Origin: Acinetobacter phage nACB2
Sequence record: OQ032512.1
Length of the DNA: 64,000 nt
Reading direction: 5' to 3' (one strand)
Position 1 is the stretch's first letter, and every line of letters starts with the position of its first letter. Under the pieces are notes generated by a model. The model saw only the letters and a program-made list of their open reading frames with translations, did no database searches and had not been told where the DNA came from. Below are positions 47,694 through 57,892 of this stretch, one piece after another. Position numbers and translations under genes: made by a program.

Positions 47694-47808
47694 TGGTATT
47701 TTCCTACCTTTGGTCGTTATGATTACGAATATTATACTATTATATATTGTAAAAACGCAATATCAAATAAACAAATAATCATGAACATCATTTTCTAAAA
47801 TCCAATAA

Positions 47809-47872
47809 AAAGCCCCTGTACTAGACAAGGGCTTTTGTATGTAAAAATCCAACTCCACACGGTAGGCTGGAT
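47809..47872 (+). repeat. Second copy of the terminator hairpin plus ACGGTAGG stem-loop element
   Basis: aaaagcccctgtactagacaagggctttt then ATCCA-actccacacggtaggc-TGGAT. Compare 18744..18810. Confidence 0.5.
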
Positions 47873-48576
47873 CAATACTTTTCTGGTTGGTATATTCCGT
47901 CAACTTTAGTGGAGATAGTCCAATTAGAAACTGCGACCAAAGGCGTTGCGATGAATTGATATGAGAAATAATCTCCCATATCTTCAACCTGATGAATAAA
48001 ATCTAATGACACATTAGGTCTTAATTTGTCGATTTCAACATACGGTACGCCATCTTCCATAATACCGTACACTACAGTTCCGTTTAATAGCGTTTTTACG
48101 TTAGTATTTGTACGTAAGAAGGCTGCGTATGTGAAAGCGCCGTGAGTACTTTGCCCCAATAAAGGTTTATCAATATTGACCTCAAATGCCACATGACGCT
48201 CATCTGTTGACGTTCTATTGATGGTACCTTCTACTGGGAAAAAGCTAAACAGTTCATAACCGTCAACGCGTCTAAGATTCTTAACTGGGGTGACTTCAAA
48301 TAAACCGCGCAGACGTTTGTCAGGGTCATTATGAATGCGTACGATGTAACCTTGTTGTAGTATGACACCGCCTAGAGCATCTACACTAGCCAGTTGATAG
48401 TTGTCATAATCTCTAACCTGTTGTACTAATGAACGTTCAGCACCAACCTTTTCTATACCAGCCATGGTTTTGATCTCTCGACCATCTTCGAGCTGAACCT
48501 TTTCATCTGCTGAGCCGTTCACAAATCGATGTAGTTTAAAGATAAGATTCTTCAAACCTGCTACTGATACATCCAT
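47872..48576 (-). CDS. Hypothetical protein (possibly structural)
   Basis: ORF only. Confidence 0.4.
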   Translation of the reverse strand: MDVSVAGLKNLIFKLHRFVNGSADEKVQLEDGREIKTMAGIEKVGAERSLVQQVRDYDNYQLASVDALGGVILQQGYIVRIHNDPDKRLRGLFEVTPVKNLRRVDGYELFSFFPVEGTINRTSTDERHVAFEVNIDKPLLGQSTHGAFTYAAFLRTNTNVKTLLNGTVVYGIMEDGVPYVEIDKLRPNVSLDFIHQVEDMGDYFSYQFIATPLVAVSNWTISTKVDGIYQPEKY

Positions 48577-48577
48577 A

Positions 48578-49321
48578 TTAGAACTCCGCCAATTTGTGAA
48601 CAGTTGTAGTTGAACCTGAAGCTAGTGTCATCTCTAACTTGGCCACGTCACCTTCCAAATACATGCGCTTCACCTTTATGAGTTCTGAGTTGGAACCCAC
48701 ATATCCAGAAGTTGTCCAATATGTATTACCGTTCTTAACGCACATCAGAACTTCTACGGCGCAGATATCGTTAGCTGTCTCTGAACGCACAAGTAGTTTT
48801 ACAGTTTGAATATTGTAACGGTCAAATTGGTATACAACCTTATCACCGCCAGATACTTCAGATTGTTTAGCTTGAGTAGCTTCTGGTGTCCATTTACACT
48901 GCACCCAATTCTTTTTAACAATATCGTAGTATTCAAGAGACTGAACACCAGACTTGTTTTTCAACAGAGATATTTCACCACCTGAAAGATTTAGCGTTGA
49001 CAAATTAGACTGGCGTTCGATGGCATCTTGATATGTACCAACAAAACCACGTTTCAGGCGGTTGAGAAGTTGTCTATCATCTTCTGTGAAAACGTCAAAT
49101 CCTTCTATAGACTTGAATAACTCAGTCAACCACACTTGATCATCGAACTGTTTAGACCATTTATGAAGTCTGGCCACACTTTCTGCGGAGGCAACCTTTT
49201 GATTACCTCCGCCTTGATAATCGTCTACAATATCGTCATATGATATCTTTTCGCCTACGGAGCTGAGTATCTTTTCAATATCAGATCCGGAGTGACGACT
49301 TTGGAATGTTTTACTCATCAT
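48578..49321 (-). CDS. Hypothetical protein
   Basis: ORF only. Confidence 0.4.
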   Translation of the reverse strand: MMSKTFQSRHSGSDIEKILSSVGEKISYDDIVDDYQGGGNQKVASAESVARLHKWSKQFDDQVWLTELFKSIEGFDVFTEDDRQLLNRLKRGFVGTYQDAIERQSNLSTLNLSGGEISLLKNKSGVQSLEYYDIVKKNWVQCKWTPEATQAKQSEVSGGDKVVYQFDRYNIQTVKLLVRSETANDICAVEVLMCVKNGNTYWTTSGYVGSNSELIKVKRMYLEGDVAKLEMTLASGSTTTVHKLAEF

Positions 49322-49646
49322 TGTTCTCCCGTTTGTCTTTCAATTGTGTACCATTTGGAATAAAAGACTTTAACCAATCTACTCCACCCCTTTCCAACAA
49401 ACCTAATATTGGGTATGAAAGGAAACCACAAAGCATAAACAAACCATCTCTATAAGTTAGGTCTTCCGGCACAAAAGTACCGAATACATTTCCTACAAAG
49501 AAAGCAATTATTACTGCCGCAACGAAAGACCAAACGTTGAACTTTTCTCTTGTCTTGGTAAGCCGATAGACGTATGCAGAGACACCCCCGAAGATGCCAA
49601 TACCACCAGCGATTAAAGCTTCAAGCAACCGATCTACTAGAAACAC
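49311..49646 (-). CDS. Small membrane protein
   Basis: Multiple hydrophobic helices. Confidence 0.4.
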   Translation of the reverse strand: MFLVDRLLEALIAGGIGIFGGVSAYVYRLTKTREKFNVWSFVAAVIIAFFVGNVFGTFVPEDLTYRDGLFMLCGFLSYPILGLLERGGVDWLKSFIPNGTQLKDKRENNDE

Positions 49647-49706
49647 AGGTTATCCCCCATTATTGTAGGGAATCACTTCCCATGTATCTACTTATTCAAG
49701 ACGCAT

Positions 49707-49737
49707 AAAAAGAGGGGCTGTTTAGCCCCCTTTTTAT
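49707..49737. terminator. Terminator aaaagaggggct-gttt-agccccctttttat
   Basis: Hairpin plus T-run. Confidence 0.65.
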
Positions 49738-49759
49738 AGACCACATCTGATATTATTTA

Positions 49760-51100
49760 TCAGATTGATAAGCTCATGAGATCAGACATCATAATGTCAA
49801 CTGGAGTTTTGGACTGTAATTCCTTTTGCTCAGATACAATCTTGTCTAGATTAGCTTGAGTTTTATCAATACGCTCTTGCGTTAAAGATAAAATATCAGA
49901 CTCCAAGAATTTTTTGATGTATGCAGTATTTTCTGTCAAGGTGCCCAACTCCAACTCAATTTCTGGACGCTTTTTCTTCAAAATATCAGGGTTGGCTAAC
50001 CAATATTTGATCATATCCATAAGAGCAGTATACCACTTCAGATTGTCTTCCATTTTTTGAAGCATATGCGTCTTTCGATCTTGTAGATATTTGAAGCGCT
50101 CATTCATCCAAACGTTCATCAATTCTTCAATACTACCAAAGTTTTTCATACGATTATCGTATTCCCAAACTGTAATATTTTCTGTGAATGATTGATTCAT
50201 TTTGAGAATGTTGGCAATCTTTTCAGGCGTTTGTTTTCCAAAATCTCTAGAGTGGTGAATTACAATATGCCAATTACCTTCAGTTGATTCATTATCGAAA
50301 CCAGTAATTTTCTTGGCGTCTAAAAGAGGTAATAACACACGCGTTTTGTATTTCTCAAACTGGAATGAAGAAAATGGCGGAAGGTCTTTGATGATAGTTG
50401 TAGTTTGTCCAGCTCGTTCCAAAAGTCCTTTGATCATGAACTTGTTCTTTTCTAGGCGCTCAACAGTTCCTTTGAAGCCGTTAAAATGAGGAATTAGTAG
50501 ACTTTGGTCAATAATTGCACCCGTGGCCACCTGTTCCATATACTTTTTAACCTTTTTAGGACAGCGCGGAAGAATGTTTGATGAGTAACCTGTACCAATA
50601 CCAAAACCACCATTAATAACAATTAGAGGCATTTTAGGTAGGAAGAATTTAGGCTCAATCAGTTCATCATCAAACAATTGATATTCCACTAAGTTTAAGT
50701 CATCTTGGTCAAACATTTGAGATAACAATTTAGAACGGCGAACGTGAATATAACGCGGACTAGCGGCATCATTATCAATGGCTGTACCAAACTGCCCTTC
50801 TTTTTCCAGTAGAGGATAGTTGTTTGATCCAGCGAAATCTTGAGCAAGACCAACTACAGTATCTACAATTGAATCCTCGCCGTGTTTATAATGAGTTTCA
50901 TTAGATGTAGCTGAACCCAAGTTTGTGACTTTGATGTCAACGCCTTCTTTCAAAGTCTTCAGAACTGTATGAATGATCTTACGTTGAGAAACCTTCATTC
51001 CGTCAACCATAGACGGAATACTGCGCTGACAGTCATAGACAGCATAAGGTAAAAAATCTGTATTGATAAAATCATTTACTTGTTGAAGTTTTGAGTTCAT
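49760..51100 (-). CDS. 52: Topoisomerase II medium subunit (gp52, GyrA-like breakage-reunion domain)
   Basis: YAVYDCQRSIPSMVDGMKVSQRKII and NYPLLEKEGQFGT align with T4 gp52. Confidence 0.8.
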   Translation of the reverse strand: MNSKLQQVNDFINTDFLPYAVYDCQRSIPSMVDGMKVSQRKIIHTVLKTLKEGVDIKVTNLGSATSNETHYKHGEDSIVDTVVGLAQDFAGSNNYPLLEKEGQFGTAIDNDAASPRYIHVRRSKLLSQMFDQDDLNLVEYQLFDDELIEPKFFLPKMPLIVINGGFGIGTGYSSNILPRCPKKVKKYMEQVATGAIIDQSLLIPHFNGFKGTVERLEKNKFMIKGLLERAGQTTTIIKDLPPFSSFQFEKYKTRVLLPLLDAKKITGFDNESTEGNWHIVIHHSRDFGKQTPEKIANILKMNQSFTENITVWEYDNRMKNFGSIEELMNVWMNERFKYLQDRKTHMLQKMEDNLKWYTALMDMIKYWLANPDILKKKRPEIELELGTLTENTAYIKKFLESDILSLTQERIDKTQANLDKIVSEQKELQSKTPVDIMMSDLMSLSI

Positions 51101-51102
51101 GT

Positions 51103-51516
51103 TTAGTTTTCCAAGAAATTACGTATTGCTTCAATAAAGGATTGACGCTCGTGATAGCTCATAGTCTTGTATTTTGATTTAACCAATTTCAACTTGTCTA
51201 TCAGTCCATCTTCTATTTTAATCTGTAAGTTGCACAGTTTGTATTTATCAATTTCAGATTGAGAATTTAACTTAAACATCTCAATCTGAATATTGTCGGC
51301 GTACACTCCGCAAGGTCGTTTTGGCACAGAATAACGCCCTGACGGTTGTTCTTCCAATTCAAAAATCTTTCCAATTTTATTATGGTCTGATAGTGTACCA
51401 GAAAAAACTAATGTCTCTCCCTGAAGCGTATTGTTGTCAACTGATTGATATTTGACCAACAATTTACCTCTGCTAAACATCAGACCTTCCAAAACGTACT
51501 TTGCCATTACGTCCAT
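51103..51516 (-). CDS. Hypothetical protein
   Basis: ORF only. Confidence 0.4.
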   Translation of the reverse strand: MDVMAKYVLEGLMFSRGKLLVKYQSVDNNTLQGETLVFSGTLSDHNKIGKIFELEEQPSGRYSVPKRPCGVYADNIQIEMFKLNSQSEIDKYKLCNLQIKIEDGLIDKLKLVKSKYKTMSYHERQSFIEAIRNFLEN

Positions 51517-51857
51517 ACCTCAGTTCTGAAATGGAAATTCAGCTCATATTCCACGATAATTGCCTTTATTAGCAAGCGTTCTACGCTTTCCCGATCATAC
51601 GTCTGTTCAGCGCGGTCAAAGTCGTAAAAATCGTCAATTATACACTGAGGAACATCCCATTCCTTAGTACCTTCTGAAAGAATGTACGCGTGTAATGTGT
51701 CTGGTTTGAGATTGATTGTTTCCGCCTTCAAAAGTTTGAATAGACTTTCTACAATAGGGCTGCGTATCCCTTCCACCAAACGCTCATCAGCATTAGTGAT
51801 ACTGTCTGAAATTTGCTGAATAATGGGGCTGCCCTTTAAAGAACTCCATGTAGCCAT
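51507..51857 (-). CDS. Hypothetical protein
   Basis: ORF only. Confidence 0.4.
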   Translation of the reverse strand: MATWSSLKGSPIIQQISDSITNADERLVEGIRSPIVESLFKLLKAETINLKPDTLHAYILSEGTKEWDVPQCIIDDFYDFDRAEQTYDRESVERLLIKAIIVEYELNFHFRTEVWT

Positions 51858-52163
51858 CTACATCTCCTGGTCATAAGAAGTGAAGGTGTACGAAAAACCT
51901 TTCTCATTTGTAAGATTCAAACCGCTGGTAAACATATCTGCTTGTGAGATAGACGACAGACGAAGATTCTTAGCTGAATACAAATCCTTCAGATGATTCA
52001 TAGAAAAATCTACGTAGGATTGGATCAACCCTTTAGTCAACAGTCTTTGATCAGACTTTATGAAAAAGGTGAATGAGCGCTCCACAGGCTCATTCTTACA
52101 GATACCGTCACCTACAACGACCTCTTGCTCAATTTTACAAGCCAAGATTAGAATTAGCATCAT
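51858..52163 (-). CDS. Hypothetical protein
   Basis: ORF only. Confidence 0.35.
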   Translation of the reverse strand: MMLILILACKIEQEVVVGDGICKNEPVERSFTFFIKSDQRLLTKGLIQSYVDFSMNHLKDLYSAKNLRLSSISQADMFTSGLNLTNEKGFSYTFTSYDQEM

Positions 52164-52498
52164 TCTTCGTCTTCCTGATCTTGGGCGTGGATAAATGGTA
52201 GAGACAAATTATCTACTAATAACAAGCGCTTGGTGTTAGCAAAATCAGAGAAATTTTGTACTTCGGTCACTTTGGACATAGAATTTACAAAGAAAGTCAA
52301 GACTGTTTTATCGCTGCACTGGTCTAGATGCTTACGGCGGTCTTGAACCATTGTTTCTGCGATCTGGTCAATCAACTTCTTGTTCAGGTCTACGCCAGAA
52401 TCCACTCCAATATAATGGGTGGAATTTACTGTCACTTCGCCAATATATTCTGGGTGACGATATTTAATGGCTAAAGCCAAACACATTACGTTAATCAT
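52160..52498 (-). CDS. Hypothetical protein
   Basis: ORF only. Confidence 0.35.
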   Translation of the reverse strand: MINVMCLALAIKYRHPEYIGEVTVNSTHYIGVDSGVDLNKKLIDQIAETMVQDRRKHLDQCSDKTVLTFFVNSMSKVTEVQNFSDFANTKRLLLVDNLSLPFIHAQDQEDEE

Positions 52499-52818
52499 TC
52501 AAATAAATCCTTACGCTCTCCTAAGCGGATATTACAGTTAATTGGAAGGCGCTCAGGCGTTCTGAAGTATTCTGGAACTGTACCAGCGCTCCATAAATTA
52601 TTTGTCACAATACGTTTTCCATCTAACTTTTCAATGATGAAAACTCGACCTGCATGACCTAGATATTTGGTCTCGTTTGGTTTACAACCGCCATCAGAAT
52701 AGCAACCGTAATTTTCATCAACTAATGTCTTTGGATCACCGATCATTGATTTCCAATGATGGCATAACCAACACTTTTCGTGCGGGCAATTTTCGTAATC
52801 GTGATTTTCAATATCCAT
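52495..52818 (-). CDS. Cys/His-rich (zinc-binding?) small protein
   Basis: CPHEKCWLCHHW...C...C. Confidence 0.35.
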   Translation of the reverse strand: MDIENHDYENCPHEKCWLCHHWKSMIGDPKTLVDENYGCYSDGGCKPNETKYLGHAGRVFIIEKLDGKRIVTNNLWSAGTVPEYFRTPERLPINCNIRLGERKDLFE

Positions 52819-52843
52819 AAAACTTCTCCAAAATAGAATTATA

Positions 52844-53272
52844 CTACGGACTGATGAATAATTCCGGATTCAATTCGAGTTCATCTTTGAAATACCAATT
52901 TCCATCTTTAGGTTTAAACTTTCGAATGAAAACAGGTAACCAACGAGTATAAACAGCGCCCATATCATCCTCATATACTACCATATGAGGATAGTTCAAG
53001 GTTGTATTATTAGCTAGGGCAATGATCTTATAAGGTTTGTCTTTTCCAATATGAATCACATCTTGACCAGAATGAATGTTGTAATTCTGGAAATTGGCTG
53101 GAAAGCCCTTCTGATCCACTGTTACCCATCCGCAACCTTCGCAAAGGTCGTTATACACCAAGAAATTGAAGTCAATCTCAGAGTCGTCCATTTCTGGTTC
53201 TCTGTTGAGATCATTCATCTCGGGTTCAATGTGTAGGTGCTTAACGGCGCAGCATGCACAAAAATCAGCCAT
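52844..53272 (-). CDS. Cys-rich small protein
   Basis: CACC...CEGCGW. Confidence 0.35.
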   Translation of the reverse strand: MADFCACCAVKHLHIEPEMNDLNREPEMDDSEIDFNFLVYNDLCEGCGWVTVDQKGFPANFQNYNIHSGQDVIHIGKDKPYKIIALANNTTLNYPHMVVYEDDMGAVYTRWLPVFIRKFKPKDGNWYFKDELELNPELFISP

Positions 53273-53274
53273 TG

Positions 53275-54075
53275 TTACTTCTCCAATTTCAAAGACAATT
53301 TATATTCTTTTCCAATTTTTTCTGAAAGCCCTTTGAGGCGTTCATCCAGATTTTTGGAAATAAACTCTTCAAGATTAGTTTTTGCCGCCTGAAGATCATT
53401 TTCAACATCAGAAATATCTTCTGGGTCTAGACTACCTTTATATTCATCTGCTCTGACACAGGATTCATAATTTTTCAAAATGATGTCAAATTCAGAAGTC
53501 AATTGTATCTTTAGTTCTCCAGCTTCAGTTCCAAAATCCATAACGACAACAGATGGTTTGAAATAGTGAGCGCCCACTACCTTAGCCCCCTTCTTTGTAA
53601 AGGTGTTATGAAGTGGAATGTATGAAGATGTCCAATGTGGTTTCTTCTCGTACGGCGCACACCACATCAAAGCATGTAAGCCTTGCTCTCCTTCTTTAAT
53701 GGTATACAGAATGTCATCGTAGATATAATTGAAGCCTTTGGTCAAATCAACTTCATAGAAATGGTCTTTGGCGTATTCTTTATCAATTACAAGACTACCC
53801 GCAGAACCAATTTTCATAGCTAACAGGTCTTTCCCTGCGCGCATCAATACGCTTCCAAAACGTCCACGTACAATAGCATCTACCTCTGGATTGAATTCTG
53901 GAAGCGGAATTTGATTGAACGCGTGGCTCACTGTTGAATCCGTAGCTTTGATTACATCACGAAAAACAGTTTGTGTATACTGACGAGAATTTGGATTGAA
54001 TTCAACAGCCAAGAGAATTTCATATGGATCGGTTTTGTTTACAAGTACTTTAGAAAAAGAATCAATGGTATACAT
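53275..54075 (-). CDS. Hypothetical 266-aa protein
   Basis: ORF. Promoter found 60-90 nt upstream. Confidence 0.45.
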   Translation of the reverse strand: MYTIDSFSKVLVNKTDPYEILLAVEFNPNSRQYTQTVFRDVIKATDSTVSHAFNQIPLPEFNPEVDAIVRGRFGSVLMRAGKDLLAMKIGSAGSLVIDKEYAKDHFYEVDLTKGFNYIYDDILYTIKEGEQGLHALMWCAPYEKKPHWTSSYIPLHNTFTKKGAKVVGAHYFKPSVVVMDFGTEAGELKIQLTSEFDIILKNYESCVRADEYKGSLDPEDISDVENDLQAAKTNLEEFISKNLDERLKGLSEKIGKEYKLSLKLEK

Positions 54076-54133
54076 TTTGTAACTCCGTTGAGTTGATAGT
54101 AAAATCTCAGATAAACTGAGTTATCTGAGACCA

Positions 54134-54163
54134 AGTATAATATATTATTGTGTACAAGTAAAG
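54134..54163 (-). promoter_or_regulatory. Early promoter on the - strand (CTTTAC-N18-TATACT)
   Basis: + strand reads agtata-N18-gtaaag. Confidence 0.4.
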
Positions 54164-54187
54164 GATTATTCCTAAAATTAATTCTTT

Positions 54188-54406
54188 TCAAATGTTCATC
54201 AATAATGTATGGAATCTAGGCGTTGTATCTTTAAAATAAGAATGAACGGTATACGATTTGTAATACACGCCTTTCACCACCTGTACACCTTTGGGTTTAA
54301 TTGATAACTTTCGATTATGAAGAAACTTCTTGACATCACTAGGTTTTTCAAAATTACGATGCACATGGTTTTTCTTTTCATCAATAGTGATTACAAGCAT
54401 GATCAT
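54188..54406 (-). CDS. Hypothetical small basic protein
   Basis: ORF only. Confidence 0.3.
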   Translation of the reverse strand: MIMLVITIDEKKNHVHRNFEKPSDVKKFLHNRKLSIKPKGVQVVKGVYYKSYTVHSYFKDTTPRFHTLLMNI

Positions 54407-54411
54407 TACTC

Positions 54412-54948
54412 TCAGATAAGTCCACTGTTTTTATTAAGTAGTGTTAGAAGTTCTTTATGAACCTGAATTAACAGTTTTGCGTCAGATAGTGCTGTATGTA
54501 ATTGCTCACTACTGTAGTCTATCCCAAGGCGCTCGATGACGTTTAACAGTTTGTTCTTTTCGCCAGGAAATACGGACTTTGCAAGCCCTAATACATCTAT
54601 TTGATTGTGTATATTAAATGGCCCAAAACCTCTAGAATTAAATTCATGCTTCAGAAATTTGACATCAAAGGGTGCATTATAAGCAATTAGATTATCAGCC
54701 TGTTTTATGAAATGCTTCAAGTCTTTAGAAATATCTGAGAAAACTGGTGCATTTTTCAATTGTTCGTCAGTGTGGCCGTGAATGGTAGCTGAGAACCCAA
54801 CAGGACGTTCAGGATTTACCAAAGTATGAAACGTATCAACGATTTCAAAATCTACCGTTAAAATGCAACATACCTCAACTATTCTGTCGCCTTTGAAGGG
54901 GTTGAGACCAGTGGTCTCAGTATCTGTGTAACAGCTGATTAAGCTCAT
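54412..54948 (-). CDS. dexA: DEDDh 3'-5' exonuclease (DnaQ/epsilon-like; T4 DexA analog)
   Basis: Exo I YTDTETTGL, Exo II AYNAPFD, Exo III HTALSDA. Confidence 0.7.
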   Translation of the reverse strand: MSLISCYTDTETTGLNPFKGDRIVEVCCILTVDFEIVDTFHTLVNPERPVGFSATIHGHTDEQLKNAPVFSDISKDLKHFIKQADNLIAYNAPFDVKFLKHEFNSRGFGPFNIHNQIDVLGLAKSVFPGEKNKLLNVIERLGIDYSSEQLHTALSDAKLLIQVHKELLTLLNKNSGLI

Positions 54949-54961
54949 ATTGTTTCCAAAT

Positions 54962-54988
54962 AAAAGGGGCTTTTATAAGCCCCTATTA
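54962..54988. terminator. Terminator aaaaggggcttttataagcccctatt
   Basis: Hairpin. Confidence 0.55.
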
Positions 54989-54997
54989 TAATATCAT

Positions 54998-55192
54998 TTA
55001 TACTCTGTAGCGTTCTTTCAATATCACACGCACTAGATTATTTTGCGTTGTATGAATTACTCTTATTACAACATACATTCTAGACCGCATGATCACGTTT
55101 TCACCAATTCTAGGAACAAACGCAGCACTTTGATTCTCTTCTCTAATATCTGAATCTTCGTCTTCATAACGTATCATGCTACGCCAACCCAA
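54998..55192 (-). CDS. Small hypothetical protein
   Basis: ORF only. Confidence 0.3.
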   Translation of the reverse strand: MGWRSMIRYEDEDSDIREENQSAAFVPRIGENVIMRSRMYVVIRVIHTTQNNLVRVILKERYRV

Positions 55193-57021
55193 GTCTTACG
55201 ATCATCAGCCATAGTAGGGTCAAAGACAAGATTCAATAAACCATCATCCCGATCTTCTTCATAGTTTACTGTCACAAAACAAGCTGGGTCTACCAAGAAT
55301 GATTGGATCTTCTCGCTGCTATGTGAACCTAGACCTTTACAATATTTAGTTTTGGCTGACGGTTTGTCTTCAATGAATTTGAAATACGTTTCATCGTCAT
55401 AGAAATCGTACTCTTTATTCTTGTACGTGACAACGCGGTTAGGTGTATTGAAGAATTGAACGCGCCCTGCTTTCAATAGCTCTGGGAAGAACTTTTTGAA
55501 AAACAATACCAACAGACCTCGAATATGCATCCCATCCAAGTCAAAGTCTGTCGCAATAACAACCTTTTGATAACGCATATCGCTGAAATCATCTTGCCCC
55601 AGCTTGAGATTCAAGATACTCATAACATAGAGAATCTCTTGACTCAAAACAGCCTTCACTTCTTTAGCGAAACAGTTTTCAGGCTTTCCGCGCAATGGAA
55701 ATAGACCATGTACCTTTGGATTCGAAGCAGCACCCAAAGGCTTCAATGCTGAGTCACCTTCCGTTAGGAATAGAATACAGTCTTCGCGTTGTTTAGATGT
55801 TGCTGGGCGATATTTTGGAATATCGTAGAATCCGTTTTTACGTACAGCTTTCGCTTGTTCTTCAATGGATCTTGCATCTTCCAGCTCCTTCTTGCGTTTA
55901 GCCCATTCAATGATAGATTCAATCATTGGAGACGCTAGAAGAGCCTTCAGCTGCTTATCAGAAATTTTGAACTGACTTCCAAACTGGTTCGGCGCTGTAA
56001 TCAATTTTTCTTTAGTTTGAGAATTGTAGCGTGGGTTATTGATTTTACAATCAATGAACAAGCGCAAATTGTTTTTGATGTCAGATGGTCGGATCTGCTG
56101 CTTTGTCTTTTTCTCAATATGAGATCGCACTGCTTCAACAATCTTTTCACTGACGTAATCAACATGCGTCCCGCCGTCAAATGAAGCTGTTGAGTTCACG
56201 TAAGAGATATGTTGGAAACCAGTCTTTGAAAGCCCTACTGCTACATTCCAACGGTCTTGAGAAATATCTACAGTGGATTTATCAAATGAATTAACAAACG
56301 TTTCAAAATTGTTTATGTTGATCAATTTAGTGTTGAACCAAACCTTCAAATGCGGATTGGTGAAAGCAATTTCATAACAACGGCGTTCTAGAAGTAGTAA
56401 GGTGTCTTCATCAAAGTAAGCGTTGAGAATCTTCAAGTCGGGCTTGTATGTAATGGTTGTACCGTTTTCAGAAACAATATCACAAATTTCAGGAGTAGAA
56501 CGCTCCGTCATATGATTTTTGAATACTTGTTCAAACATTTTACCGTTATGGATAGTTTGTACTTTGAACATTTCGCTGAAGATGTTTACTAAAGAAGCGC
56601 CTTCGCCATTCTGACCTGTAGATAAAGAGTCTTCGTTGTCATCAAAGTTGGAACCAGAACGTAGTTCACCAAAGATCATTTCAGGAATATATTGACCGTA
56701 CTCTGGATGAAGAACAACTGGAATGCCGCCGTTATCAGTTACAATAATGAGACCTGTTTCTGGTTGAACCTGTACGTCAATTTCTGTAAGATTCTTTCCT
56801 TCTGGAGTACGAGAATGGTCAGCTGAGTTAGAAATAATCTCATCGAACAACTTATGAAAAGCAGGTGATGATGTCAATGTTCCTTCAGCAACTACTCCAT
56901 CTCGAAAGAACCATGTGTTTGCAACTACTGGATTGATTGAACCTACATAACGTCCAGGACGCGCTAACACATGTTCAACTTCACTTAATTTGCGGTACTT
57001 CGCCCATTCTTGGTTACTCAT
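55174..57021 (-). CDS. 39: Topoisomerase II large subunit (gp39+gp60 fused, GyrB-like ATPase-TOPRIM)
   Basis: YRKLSEVEHVLARPGRYVGS, GLIIVTDNGGIPV and TOPRIM LTEGDSA. 615 aa. Confidence 0.8.
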   Translation of the reverse strand: MSNQEWAKYRKLSEVEHVLARPGRYVGSINPVVANTWFFRDGVVAEGTLTSSPAFHKLFDEIISNSADHSRTPEGKNLTEIDVQVQPETGLIIVTDNGGIPVVLHPEYGQYIPEMIFGELRSGSNFDDNEDSLSTGQNGEGASLVNIFSEMFKVQTIHNGKMFEQVFKNHMTERSTPEICDIVSENGTTITYKPDLKILNAYFDEDTLLLLERRCYEIAFTNPHLKVWFNTKLININNFETFVNSFDKSTVDISQDRWNVAVGLSKTGFQHISYVNSTASFDGGTHVDYVSEKIVEAVRSHIEKKTKQQIRPSDIKNNLRLFIDCKINNPRYNSQTKEKLITAPNQFGSQFKISDKQLKALLASPMIESIIEWAKRKKELEDARSIEEQAKAVRKNGFYDIPKYRPATSKQREDCILFLTEGDSALKPLGAASNPKVHGLFPLRGKPENCFAKEVKAVLSQEILYVMSILNLKLGQDDFSDMRYQKVVIATDFDLDGMHIRGLLVLFFKKFFPELLKAGRVQFFNTPNRVVTYKNKEYDFYDDETYFKFIEDKPSAKTKYCKGLGSHSSEKIQSFLVDPACFVTVNYEEDRDDGLLNLVFDPTMADDRKTWVGVA

Positions 57022-57175
57022 TATCAGTAAACTCCGATGTTTCTACTTTAGACGGTTTATATTTGAATTCATCAATATTAATGTGAGGAATCTCTTTGCG
57101 CTCGCATGAAATGCTTTCTTGAATGAAGACCTGATTGAAAAGGTCTTCCGTTCTGGGGTCGAATGATAACTGCAT

Positions 57176-57823
57176 TTATTTTGTCTGCAGAAAAATCAAT
57201 TTACCTTGAATTAAATGTAGGTAATTTGAAATAGAAAAAAGCTCGTTGTTGTTTCGATCAATTTCAACCCGCAGCATCTCATTACGCGCCTGTATATCAC
57301 TGATGCGCTGGTTAGCATCACTGATAAAGTTAATCACTTCATCAAGTTCTGGCATATCTGTATTACGCGCAGTTTGCTCTTGTGATGCAATTGGTTCAAT
57401 AACTTCTTTGACTTCCTGAACTTCTGGGCCAAGTTCTTCATCAATGTGTTCTTTAAAGTCTTCAGGAACTTTTATGTCTTCAACAACGCGAAAAGAGTCT
57501 AGAACAGATACGTCACAGGTGCGACCAATTTCAAAGTTGGCGTTAGGTGTCATCTTTAAACCGTGTGTATACTTTCCCATTAGCCCTAGACTTTTACGTC
57601 CATCTGCACTTGTCGTTAACATAGTATTGGCAAATGAACCACCAAGTTTCTTAACGCTCTTCTTCAAGGCTGCTAATGCCGAAGGAGAGATAAATACATG
57701 GTCAGATGAAATTACAATACCCATCTGACCTGTTCCGCTCGGGTTATTTAGAAAATGACCGTTTTCAATATCAGATTTAGCTCCCACGCAACCGCGATAT
57801 TCGAAGATTTCTACTGTACGCAT
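57176..57823 (-). CDS. Hypothetical protein with C-terminal coiled coil
   Basis: ORF only. Confidence 0.4.
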   Translation of the reverse strand: MRTVEIFEYRGCVGAKSDIENGHFLNNPSGTGQMGIVISSDHVFISPSALAALKKSVKKLGGSFANTMLTTSADGRKSLGLMGKYTHGLKMTPNANFEIGRTCDVSVLDSFRVVEDIKVPEDFKEHIDEELGPEVQEVKEVIEPIASQEQTARNTDMPELDEVINFISDANQRISDIQARNEMLRVEIDRNNNELFSISNYLHLIQGKLIFLQTK

Positions 57824-57824
57824 T

Positions 57825-57868
57825 AAAAAGCCCCTAGGCAGTTATTATATGTCAGGGGCTATTATAAT
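57825..57868. terminator. Imperfect hairpin AGCCCCT-N19-AGGGGCT
   Basis: Weak. Confidence 0.35.
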
Positions 57869-57892
57869 GTATTTTATGTTATTCCATAAAAA